17,431 bases of DNA from a bacterium (GTDB lineage Bacteria > SAR324 > NAC60-12), in the NCBI GenBank assembly GCA_965233585.1, contig CBDDTI010000284.1, forward strand, positions 1 to 17,431, read 5' to 3'. This document shows, piece by piece, positions 1-8,804 of this stretch. The position numbers and the translations under genes are program-made. The notes beneath the pieces are model-generated. The model was not told where the DNA came from. It made no database searches and saw only the letters and a list, made by a program, of their open reading frames with translations. Within the stretch, counting starts at the first letter, position 1; the number at the start of each line of letters is the position of its first letter.

Positions 1-1
1 A

Positions 2-235
2 ATGAAGTTCTTACGGCCTTGGATAGAAAAAAACTCATTCAAAACAATTCTGTCTTATTCCGTTCAGGATTTTCGTTCTTTGTTTTGCGGCTGGTACGTG
101 ACCGCTTTCTGTTTATCCGTGGGCAACAATTTAATGTCTCCTCAACAATTTGTTAAAATTTTTGTAAAAAAACCCAAAATAAAAAATGATGAAATTGTAA
201 CTCATTTTATAAAAAAACTTGAAAATAAACGATGA
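2..235 (+). CDS. Adenain-like (Polinton PRO) cysteine protease, C-terminal part, probably truncated by the window edge
   Basis: VQDFRSLFCGWYVTAF...F...F...ND fits the Q-x(5-6)-CG-x-Y/F catalytic Cys region and C-terminal ND motif of adenovirus/Polinton proteases; consistent context. Confidence 0.75.
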   Translation: MKFLRPWIEKNSFKTILSYSVQDFRSLFCGWYVTAFCLSVGNNLMSPQQFVKIFVKKPKIKNDEIVTHFIKKLENKR

Positions 236-252
236 CATATATTTTACTTTCA

Positions 253-1098
253 TTATAATTTCGGGTATTTTCCCGGAAAAAGTAATTTTTTTTTAACAGC
301 ATCTGCATCAGTTGTTGAAAGTTTTTTTGATTTAGATCTAGTTTGTACGGGAGAAATAGTAAAAGTTTTCTTTTTTGCACCTCCTGATCCTGTTTTGAGG
401 GATGACATTGAAGCCGAAGGCGATTTTGATGCTTGTGAAGAGACCGAGGCTATATCTTTACCAATTTTTTCTGTGTCAAATATGGACAATTCTTTCATAT
501 GATCTCTTACAAGGTGTTTGCCGAATTGCGCATCGTCAACATACTGCTTCCCGCATGCGGTAAAAGGACAAACTATTTTGCCGTCTGAATTTTTTTGTGT
601 CAATGCCTTTATAACAGGCGAATTTCGCCATTCTGGCACGTCAGGAGTTGAAGTATCGTCCTTGCTTTTTGGTCTTGAAGCGGTATAAAACAAGTCTGGA
701 TCGGGTTCCCTCTCCATAACGGGAGTAGTGGGCAAAAACTGAGCGGTATTTTCTTTTTGTTGGGGAGTTTGAGCGGTTGTTGATCTTGAAATAGATTGAT
801 ACGTACGACCCGTACTGCTATCGACTTGTACTGGCGGCATAACATTTGATATATTATCAGAACCAAAACGGTACAATTTATCACCGCTTTGATTCATTTT
901 TTGCCTGTCTTGTAAATTTTTAAAATTAATGGCATTTTCAATGTAATTAGACGTGTTTGGTTTTTCATTCATAGAAATAAGTTCTTTTTTTGTTTCATTA
1001 TCTTCTATATTTTTTATTAAAGAATGATATAGCCTTTTGGGGACTAAAAACATGGAGTATATTTCATCATTTGTTTTTCTTTTCACGCCTGAACTCAT
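253..1098 (-). CDS. Hypothetical 281-aa protein with one C2H2 zinc finger and S/T/K-rich low-complexity regions
   Basis: Intact ATG ORF; CPFTACGKQYVDDAQFGKHLVRDH is a C2H2 finger; starts 3 bp after the 1102..1476 stop. Confidence 0.75.
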   Translation of the reverse strand: MSSGVKRKTNDEIYSMFLVPKRLYHSLIKNIEDNETKKELISMNEKPNTSNYIENAINFKNLQDRQKMNQSGDKLYRFGSDNISNVMPPVQVDSSTGRTYQSISRSTTAQTPQQKENTAQFLPTTPVMEREPDPDLFYTASRPKSKDDTSTPDVPEWRNSPVIKALTQKNSDGKIVCPFTACGKQYVDDAQFGKHLVRDHMKELSIFDTEKIGKDIASVSSQASKSPSASMSSLKTGSGGAKKKTFTISPVQTRSKSKKLSTTDADAVKKKLLFPGKYPKL

Positions 1099-1101
1099 CC
1101 T

Positions 1102-1476
1102 TTAACGACGACGTTGTAGGCTCTTTTTTGCAATAATTTGAGCCAAAATAGGGACGATAATGCTGGCAATTGCCGATAAAGTTCCTAAAATTCCGCCCCT
1201 TTGTAGTATTGTTCTTTTTTTTGAAATGTCGGAAGAGCGACGAGGCGGCGTGGCAAGACGTCTGAACTCCCCTAAATGAGCTCTAATTTTTTTCTGAAGT
1301 CGTGTTCGCACTTCGCCATGTAAGGGCAATTCGCCGTTCAAAACGTAATGTAAAATACGACAAAGCAATTCAACGCCGCGATCGTCCAAATAATTTAAAA
1401 AATTAGCGCAATCTTTATGTTTTAATTTTTTTATTGCATTAAAAAGCGAATTAGCTTTTTCTAATTTTTTTGACAT
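1102..1476 (-). CDS. Small basic Polinton-type protein with QRGG motif and hydrophobic/amphipathic C-terminal helix (putative virion protein)
   Basis: Pattern ...VLNGELPL...RRLA...KKRTILQRGGILGTL...IVPIL resembles small ORFs found beside Polinton ATPases (recognised by eye). Confidence 0.7.
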   Translation of the reverse strand: MSKKLEKANSLFNAIKKLKHKDCANFLNYLDDRGVELLCRILHYVLNGELPLHGEVRTRLQKKIRAHLGEFRRLATPPRRSSDISKKRTILQRGGILGTLSAIASIIVPILAQIIAKKSLQRRR

Positions 1477-1522
1477 TTTAACAGTAATTATTTTTAATTT
1501 TTCTTAAATAGATATGAAATTT

Positions 1523-2218
1523 TTAAACAGTAACGTAGGCTTTCATTAATCCTTCATAAGGAAAGATGTTACTTCGAATTCTGACTTTATCGTCTTGCTG
1601 TTGATGAAAATCTAGAAGAAGATATCCGTGACTTCGACCGTTAACTGCTTCTCTATACGCTTTATTTAAGATTCCAACACGACCGGGAAAAATTTGTTTT
1701 GCCAAATGTGTGACGGCGCTTCTGTCCCGCGGATTGTTAAAAAGGATCATGTATTGCGTATTTATGCTTAATGTCCGTAAATCGCCTTTTTTGTCAAATA
1801 AATTTTGACAAAGAAAAATGGTGAAACAATTGTAATGATGGGTCAAAACCGTAAAAAAATGTTTTAATATTTGCCCAACATCGTCTAAATAATCGTCAAA
1901 AACAATCAATTTGGGCATTTTTCTCGGATATAATTCTAAAATATCTTTCAACTCTTCAATTGAATTTGGAATATTTTTGAATTTACGAAAAGACGGAAAT
2001 TGTGTGTCAGAACCTCTGCCCTCGTTCATGTCGTCTTCCATGTACTGATATGCTTTTTGCGGTTCCTTGTAAAACAACAACATTGTTTCAGGCGGAGTTG
2101 CAAAATATTCGTGCCGACGAAGCACTAAATGTTTTAGCCACGTTGTTTTTCCGCTTGATGTTGGACCAACAACCAACATGTTGGACGGAATATTAAACCT
2201 CAAATCAAAACCGTTCAT
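1523..2218 (-). CDS. A32/FtsK-HerA-like genome packaging ATPase
   Basis: Walker A GPTSSGKT, Walker B LIVFDD, then THHYNCFTIFLCQNLF and RTLSINTQYMILFNNPRD, typical of Polinton ATPases. Confidence 0.93.
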   Translation of the reverse strand: MNGFDLRFNIPSNMLVVGPTSSGKTTWLKHLVLRRHEYFATPPETMLLFYKEPQKAYQYMEDDMNEGRGSDTQFPSFRKFKNIPNSIEELKDILELYPRKMPKLIVFDDYLDDVGQILKHFFTVLTHHYNCFTIFLCQNLFDKKGDLRTLSINTQYMILFNNPRDRSAVTHLAKQIFPGRVGILNKAYREAVNGRSHGYLLLDFHQQQDDKVRIRSNIFPYEGLMKAYVTV

Positions 2219-2284
2219 TTTATTAATTTTAAAAAAGAAATTACAAAATTTTCTTTTAAATAAAAGTAATGATTTAATTATTTT

Positions 2285-5200
2285 TTATTTACAAATTTGA
2301 CATTTAGACATTTTGTTGTTAACAATAAGACTATTTCCTAACGATAAAGTGTGACATCCGCAATTTAAAACATATCTTTTGGAATCCATTGCCGACAACG
2401 CAATTTTTCTTTGAAAACACGTCCGGATTTTGTGATTCTTTGATCTTAAATTTTTAAAAGATTTGTAAATTACAACAGTTTGCTTTAAGCACTTTTTGTA
2501 ATCTGCATAAGTTAATTGCTTTTTTATACTAGATTTTTTTAAACCTTTGCATACTTTTTTCTCATCAGTTTTGTTTTTGTCCAAAAAATCGACTATTTTC
2601 ATGGAATAACATTTTGGACGTAAGCCTATAAAATCAGTAATAGCCGCTCTACCTTTTAATTCGTCTTTGAAATAAAAAAGTTGATTGGCTTTACTGTCGT
2701 CAAAAAGTGGATGTTGTTTAGGGTACTTTGAAAAATCAAACATGTGTTTCAATCTCTCCATTTCCCTTTCCAAATTGTTGCATTTAACTTTTAAAAGAAA
2801 AGAATCCGTGTCCGAAAAACACAAAGATACATTGTCTTTGCCGAAATGTTTTTGAATGGTGTCATAGTATGATCTGTACATAAACAACTTGGACAACTCT
2901 AGAATGGAAAATCCGACGGCTAAAGGCTTTCTAAGTTCTATCATTGCCGGCTTCTTGTTGACAGCCACCAAATTCTCATTAATGATTTGAAAATTGTTGA
3001 TGTGTTGACCAAGACTGGCTTTCCTCAGACTTTTTTCATCTCCACAAAGGACCACTTCGATGTAATTTCGAACATTTTCTAAAAATATAAAATAAAATAA
3101 ATATTCTATAAAAAATTCAACATTTTTATAAAAATTCATTATTAAGTGTGTAGGAGTTTAGAGATTTGTTTTTTAAAAACTTCCCAAAACCATGTGGTAA
3201 TTTTCAAAACAAACTTGAAGCAGAAGGAGGAGGAGGAAGAAGAAAAAGGAAAATGATGATGATGGAGATGAGGAGGGGGTACAGGAGGTTAAAGGAGGAA
3301 AGGGAGGAAGATGAAGAGCCGCTTTTAACAGCGAAGAAGAAGGAGGAGGTGGAGGAGAAGAGGAAGAACCGGAGACCGGGCCTGATCCGGCGGATCCGGT
3401 CGGCCGTGGCCGACATTTTTGATGCTCCGCCGTCCGCTGCCGCCTCCGCCACCGCCAGCGCCGCTGCTGTTGCACTCTCTGTTGGCGTTGCTGTGCTCGC
3501 CGCCAACGGTGCTGGCGGCGGCGGAGGCGGCAGTGGTCGCGCTGTCCGAGGCCTTCAAAACGAAAATTTTATTGAATTTGACGTGCCCACCGACATTCTT
3601 GTCGACCTCCCCACCAACGCCCCCACCGAGTCCCCCATCGAGATGCTCATTGAGGTCCCCACCGCCGAAATTCCCTCTAACGTCCCCACCGAGGCGCTTA
3701 TCGAAGCTACCACCGAATCCCCCATCGAGATGCTCATCGAAGCCCCCACCGACGAAATTCCCTCCAACGTTCCCACCGAAATGCTAATCGAGGTCCCCGT
3801 CCCCACCAAGATGCTCATCAAAGCCCCCACCGCTGAAATTCCCTCCAACGTCCCCACCGAGGTGCTAATCGAGGTCTCCGTCCCCACCGAGGCGCCCATC
3901 GAGGCCCCCACCGAGTTCCCCGCCGAGGCGTTTATCGAGTTCCCCATCGAAATCCCTACTGACGACCCCATCGAGGCTCCCATCCCCTTTAGACTCCCCG
4001 CCGACGACAGATCTATTGCCGCCAGACGTCGGGCAACGGAGATTGTCCGCCTGGCTAAAATCCGGGCAGCGGAAAACCGGATGGCGGATTTCAGCGGGGA
4101 GGTTATCACCGTGGAGGCCGAGATCCACGCGCCCCCCGACAACAACGAAGATGCGGATGAGCGTGTGGTGTGTACTGCCAACACATTCTGCACGAAATAT
4201 TGGCAGTACCACCGCACGCTTGTGCAAATATAAAAATATAAAAAAGATTTTAAATCTGAGTATTTACTTACCGATAAACTTTCCAAAAGTAGAGTTGGCA
4301 AAAAGCTTAAAAAGTCGAAGTTCAAAATCGTTGCGGGCGTTTGATCGTAGCATCGTGACCTTTTCAATAAACTCCTTCAAAAAAGCTTTTTGCCGAAACT
4401 TTACGGCTCTTCTTATCCTCAACAGCTTCATGCCTTTTTTCAAGTAGTATTGTAGATTTTCCAGATGCACCACGTACTTTTTTCGATCATAAAAAGTGCT
4501 CAACAGTTTCTTGCTTCGGTATCTTTTGTTCTTATAATCTCGAGGGTTGAGATGTTTTAGTAAACGGCGATTATAAGGAGACAGATGTTTGTAAGAAACC
4601 GTGTCTGTATACGGAGCCAGCGGAAATTGATCATGTGTCTGTAAATATTTTACCGTTTATCAAAAAATGCAAAAAACGTGTTAAAAAGATCAGATTTACC
4701 GGGTGAAGATGAGAAGGATAATGCAAATCAACTTCAAATGCGTACCCGGTCTCGTCTTGAGAAGGAATCTTGATAATATCTTTGGCAGTCCATTTTTCAA
4801 GATCTTTTTTTGCAACCCACTCGAAATCAGAAACTGGCAATTTTAAAGTTTCCATGCTCCCGTACAAGTTGTTTGCTAAAAAGTCACCGATTTTAAATAA
4901 ATAGATTAATCAAACGATGCAGTATAAAATTACCGTCAATGTAAAGTAAATGATCGCCGCTTTTTCTCGGATTGCTGTTTCCTTTTGCATAACGCTGAGA
5001 GATAAAGCTTTGTCCGCCTCTGATACCCTTTGTAAAAAACTGCTCCATTTCAGGATCGGAATAGATATCCAGAGATCCTGGAGGTTTGGAAGATTCACCC
5101 GCGAGGTTATCTTTTGTTGTTGTAGCTCGTTCAGAGTTTTGATAAAACATAAGCATAACATCAAAACTTAGTCCAGGAATTCCTAAAATTATACGAAATA

Positions 5201-7061
5201 AATTTTATATTCAAACTTTATATGTCAAGCAACAGAAAAGGAAATTTACCTAAGTAATAGATCGGATCCAATTGAAAGTGTTCCATAACCATTTTCCTGT
5301 ATTGAAGAAACGCTTCACATAGCAGGATGACATCCAAAGAACAATAAAGCATCATGTAATCCGCCACATTCTTGCACTTGAACAGTTTGAAGACTTCTTG
5401 CGCATGAGAATAATCCGTTTCCGAGATGTGTTCTTCATTCAATTCGGAATAAAAAGCATCTTTGGTTGGGAGGTTTCGACTTTTTTTCATTTCTTGTAAT
5501 GATTGAAAATGCTCGTAACAAAAAATGCCTTTTCTTTTTAAAAGTTTAAAAGCTTTTGATTTTTGACGGATAGGAATTTTTTGAAATCTTTTCATCTGTT
5601 GTAAAATAGGGAAAGAAAAGTTTGAAGTTTGATTCAAATCTTGGACAAGAGCGTCTAAGCTGGCAGATATGTGCTCTAATGAATCTTGGATTTTAAATTT
5701 GCCCAATGTAAGAGTGCGAAACTTTTCACTGTTTCTAGCCAAGACTTCCGGCATTCTCTTGAATCGGCGAATGTTTAACTCTTCTATGATTAAATGCAAA
5801 TCGTATCTGAAACATTCAATTTGTTAAAAAATTAATTAAAAATAAAGTTAATAAAAAATTTTTACCCTTGAGCGTTGTGGAAAAAAATTGGCGTGTGATA
5901 GGGTCCGGATCTTGTCAAATTACACAGCGAATGAGCCGCACCCATTATTTTTCCTGTGACATGATCGTGATCCAAAACTTTTCTATACTTTTTAGGATGG
6001 GTAGCAAATCGAAGACCGCATATATGACAAACGGTTGCTTTTCGAAACATTTGCCATTCCTCATGGGTGGCTTGAGTTTTGAGAACATCTCTAAATTTTT
6101 GTTTTCTTTCTTCAACCACTTTTTCGTAAAGAGGTATCCGATCCAAAAAACGTTTGGCCGCATCCTCTCCTAAATATTCTTCTTGAAAGAATACTTCATT
6201 TTCGGAGTCCACAAAAATCAGGCTGTAGCCTACCGGTCTATGCACATTTATATCGTCACTTGTGGGAAAAGCACACAAGCATTCCAATTTAGAACAAAGT
6301 CGACATTTAGATCGTTCCTTGTTTCTTTGAAGCACACTTTCAAAATCACAAAATCCCACAACAGGTGCTTTAAACTTATGTTTGTGGTTAGAAAAACTTA
6401 TAGCGGCATTTTTGCCGGGATAGATGGTGCGTTGCTTATCGTAGCAAATCCGCTCATGCTTTTCTTTCTTGGATTTTGATCGGAAACGCAGCAGACATTT
6501 TTCACAGTGAATGTACTTCTGTTGACCCGCTTTGTTAAACGACAACAGTCCGGCCCGATTATTCAAAAAACCTTGGAGTTTTGTAATTTTAAAGAAATGA
6601 TGCTGTTGATTTAAATCTTTGATTTTTTTAGGAAACTTGGAAGGAAAACTCGATTTTTTGGGGCGGGAATTACTCGAAGTTTTATCGGAAGAGATTTTAG
6701 GATCATGTTTTATCATTAACAAATGGAGAGTATTTTCTCTTATATCATTGTTTTTGTTAGTAATAAACCCTAAATTTGAAACGTGACCTTCACTCTCATA
6801 AAGTACGGAAATTGAAATTGGTAAATGACGATTTCTACACAAAAATTTTTTTATGTCACAAAATTGAAGAGGAAACGTAAAACCTTTTATGTTAAATTTT
6901 TTAAGATATTTTATTGGCATTTGACGAAAATCTGTAATGGAAGCAATTTCTGGAAAAAGATGTCTAATGTACAGATAAAGAAAGTTGAATTTATCATATC
7001 GAGTATTCCATTCCAAGCAGTTAGATCTTTTTATATCTCGTGTAATTTCTATAAAATCCAT
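2285..7061 (-). CDS. polB: Protein-primed family B DNA polymerase (pPolB), spliced; exons 7061-5866, 5806-5250, 5182-4934, 4875-4700, 4638-4272, 3078-2285; 1112 aa
   Basis: Exons total 3339 nt and all splice phases agree. Motifs: ExoI FCDFES, EndoVII-like CHICG...DHDH...GAAHSLCN, ExoII HNAQGYD, ExoIII YCSLDVILL, IRGG, motif A YIDANNLYG, motif B KLFANSTFGK, motif C SDTDS, LRPKCY, KG. Confidence 0.93.
3253..4233 (+). CDS. Nested intronic gene: 326-aa protein with charged N-terminus, Ala/Val hydrophobic segment, Gly linker and P-T/I-E repeat stalk
   Basis: Uninterrupted GC-rich ORF (first in-frame ATG at 3253; frame open from 3166) lying wholly inside pPolB intron 5 on the opposite strand. TATAAAAA-like boxes at ~3107 and ~3127. 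Confidence 0.72.
   Translation: MMMMEMRRGYRRLKEEREEDEEPLLTAKKKEEVEEKRKNRRPGLIRRIRSAVADIFDAPPSAAASATASAAAVALSVGVAVLAANGAGGGGGGSGRAVRGLQNENFIEFDVPTDILVDLPTNAPTESPIEMLIEVPTAEIPSNVPTEALIEATTESPIEMLIEAPTDEIPSNVPTEMLIEVPVPTKMLIKAPTAEIPSNVPTEVLIEVSVPTEAPIEAPTEFPAEAFIEFPIEIPTDDPIEAPIPFRLPADDRSIAARRRATEIVRLAKIRAAENRMADFSGEVITVEAEIHAPPDNNEDADERVVCTANTFCTKYWQYHRTLVQI
3623..3975 (+). repeat. Coding tandem repeats (units of ~87 nt, PIEMLIExPTxEIPSNVPTE, built from short PTE/PIE motifs)
   Basis: Near-identical blocks start at 3634 and 3721 (87 nt apart), with a further copy near 3811. Confidence 0.85.
4639..4699 (-). other. Spliceosomal intron 4 of pPolB (61 nt)
   Basis: GTAAAT...TTACAG; removal restores YPSHLHP|THDQFPLAP. 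Confidence 0.9.
4876..4933 (-). other. Spliceosomal intron 3 of pPolB (58 nt)
   Basis: GTAATT...TTTTAG; removal restores motif A YID|ANNLYG. Confidence 0.93.
5183..5249 (-). other. Spliceosomal intron 2 of pPolB (67 nt)
   Basis: GTAAAT...TTTTAG; removal restores LDPIYYLG|IPGLSFDVML. Confidence 0.92.
5807..5865 (-). other. Spliceosomal intron 1 of pPolB (59 nt)
   Basis: GTAAAA...TTTCAG; removal restores HNAQG|YDLHLII. Confidence 0.92.
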
Positions 7062-7111
7062 TTCCAAAGCTTACTTGAATTTTTCATATACAACAAAATA
7101 AGTCCTTAAAA

Positions 7112-7873
7112 TCAAATATTGGTAATTTGGATGTCGCTAAAAGACAGAGATTCGAATCTCCATCCGGAACCTCTCATCAACAAATCCTCTTCTCGAGTTA
7201 TTAAATTGTTCAATAATTTTTGAACTTTACCTTTTAACGAGCGAGAAGAATCAAAAGACGTGAATTGAATATAGCCGGTTCTTAAAGCAAAGACATCTCG
7301 ATCGCTAGGCATTAATTCATGTGACGACTGATCAAAACTTTTTTCAGTTGAATCATCAATGTTGCTAACAACCGTTTGAGGCTGTGATGAAGTATTATCA
7401 ACAACAGCTTCCGTCTCAGTGTCTTTGTCTTTTGTAGCTGAATTCAAATCAGGAATCTGATACGCCGCTGATAAAATTAAAGCAACTTTTACTGTAAAGG
7501 TTTTACTTAATTCATGACGAATAACATCAACAATTTCTTGTCTATTTGTTCTATTAACAACAAAGGCGTGAAGCGTTTCTGTAGAAAATATATGTTTCCG
7601 AAAAATTTTGATTTTACCGTTTAAAGCAGATTTAAAAAGAGAGTAATTTAAGTCTTCTAAATGAGAGGAATCGATGTGAGAGACCAAATCATTTCTTGAT
7701 TTAAAGGAACTTAATTCATTCTTACAAAACGGGCACTGAAGCGATTGATTTAATGGAGTCCGATTTCGGAATTTTGACGATGTTTCACGATGACGAAACA
7801 ATTCATGTTTGTCTCGGGAAGATTTTCTAGTAAACGATTTTTGGCATTCGCGGCAGATGTAGGATTTTGGCAT
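7112..7873 (-). CDS. Putative stand-alone terminal protein (pPolB N-terminal region) with two N-terminal C2H2 zinc fingers
   Basis: CRECQKSF...KHELFRH and CPFC...SHIDSSH fingers. The C-terminal EEDLLMRGSGWRFESL matches the GSGW motif of the N-terminal (terminal protein) region of Polinton pPolBs. Ends 50 bp before the polymerase ATG. Confidence 0.7.
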   Translation of the reverse strand: MPKSYICRECQKSFTRKSSRDKHELFRHRETSSKFRNRTPLNQSLQCPFCKNELSSFKSRNDLVSHIDSSHLEDLNYSLFKSALNGKIKIFRKHIFSTETLHAFVVNRTNRQEIVDVIRHELSKTFTVKVALILSAAYQIPDLNSATKDKDTETEAVVDNTSSQPQTVVSNIDDSTEKSFDQSSHELMPSDRDVFALRTGYIQFTSFDSSRSLKGKVQKLLNNLITREEDLLMRGSGWRFESLSFSDIQITNI

Positions 7874-7973
7874 TTCTGTTAAAATTCTGAAACAAAATTT
7901 ATTGACGCGTGAAATTTAGAAATAATATATACAAACACATTAAAACTATATAGCTCAGACTAATTAATACAAA

Positions 7974-8804
7974 TCATTCTTGTCTAAAATGACGCAACAA
8001 TCTTTGATATTGAGCACGTAAGCGTTCGCGTTCACGCTCAAGCGTTTGAATGCGTTGACGCAATACGTACTCAGCATAACGATTGAACAAATCATAAGGT
8101 GAGCCTCCTTCTACATCAATTAAATCAAGAATGAAAGAGGCTAAACGACCGTCACTCGATCTTTCTAAATTTGAGGGTGCAGGGAAATAATTTTCCTCTT
8201 CTATTTCTTCTTCTGCTGATCGAGTTGGACGTTGATAAGGAGAAGAATATCTTCCACCCCTACCAACACCGCGTCTGACCTCTCGTCCAATCGAGGCTGA
8301 AGTCGTTTGATTGAAGGGGCGAGAAATATTTTGACCCCGACCAACACCACGACCAGCGACCGAAGTACTCGAGGTGTTGCGCTCAGCAAAAATTCTTTGA
8401 GACATGGGACTCGATGTTGAATCATCGACAGCGTTGTTTGATGATGGCGATGTTAATTCATCGGCGGAGTTATTGGTCGATGTTAAATCATCGACTAAAT
8501 TGTTATTGATCCGAACCATAATTCCAAATCCTTCGGGGTTTACAACTATCGGTTCAGATACTCGACCCCGTTGATTAAACGAGGAAGATGTTGTTTGGCC
8601 CCGACCAACACCACGAGCGGGGAGAGAAGAACTTGGGCCATCATTTGACCTCAAATCTCCTCGACCTCGTCCAATCGGCACAACCGGTGGAGATGGCGGT
8701 GATGTTAAATCATCAGCGTTCCTTAGATGAAATCTTATTCTTAACCCTGCAGGGCCAAGAAAAACTTGGCGAGGGTTGTTTGAGTCATTTGGTAAATTAG
8801 ACAT
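7974..8804 (-). CDS. Hypothetical 276-aa disordered RG-rich protein with a C-terminal helical/coiled-coil segment
   Basis: Intact ATG ORF; repeated RGVGRG/GRGRG and DDLTS motifs; ends LRQRIQTLERERERLRAQYQRLL. Confidence 0.75.
   Translation of the reverse strand: MSNLPNDSNNPRQVFLGPAGLRIRFHLRNADDLTSPPSPPVVPIGRGRGDLRSNDGPSSSLPARGVGRGQTTSSSFNQRGRVSEPIVVNPEGFGIMVRINNNLVDDLTSTNNSADELTSPSSNNAVDDSTSSPMSQRIFAERNTSSTSVAGRGVGRGQNISRPFNQTTSASIGREVRRGVGRGGRYSSPYQRPTRSAEEEIEEENYFPAPSNLERSSDGRLASFILDLIDVEGGSPYDLFNRYAEYVLRQRIQTLERERERLRAQYQRLLRHFRQE

Larger units (their letters stand above)
3079..4271 (-). other. Spliceosomal intron 5 of pPolB (1193 nt), hosting a nested antisense ORF
   Basis: Consensus donor GTAAGT and T-rich acceptor TTTTATATTTTTAG; removal restores NSTFGKFI|ENVRNY. 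Confidence 0.9.

Noticed and set aside
3079..4271. Intron 5 as a group I/II intron, intein or transposon
   Set aside because: It has spliceosomal GT-AG ends, no visible terminal repeats, and no homing endonuclease, RT or transposase motifs; the ORF is antisense.
3173..4447. Overlapping ORFs 3173..3475, 3204..3506, 3325..3558, 3419..3787, 3555..4367, 3865..4227 and 4016..4447
   Set aside because: Shadow frames of GC-rich repetitive coding DNA or of a polymerase exon; none supplies missing polymerase sequence.
2285..7067. Reading the polymerase fragments as a frameshifted pseudogene
   Set aside because: Every break is bounded by GT...AG, and splicing restores both frame and conserved motifs.
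7050..7175. An intron fusing the TP-like ORF to the polymerase via the TTTTATAG acceptor near 7050
   Set aside because: The only phase-compatible donor I found nearby (GTTCCG) is weak and would delete the GSGW motif; cDNA is needed to exclude it fully.
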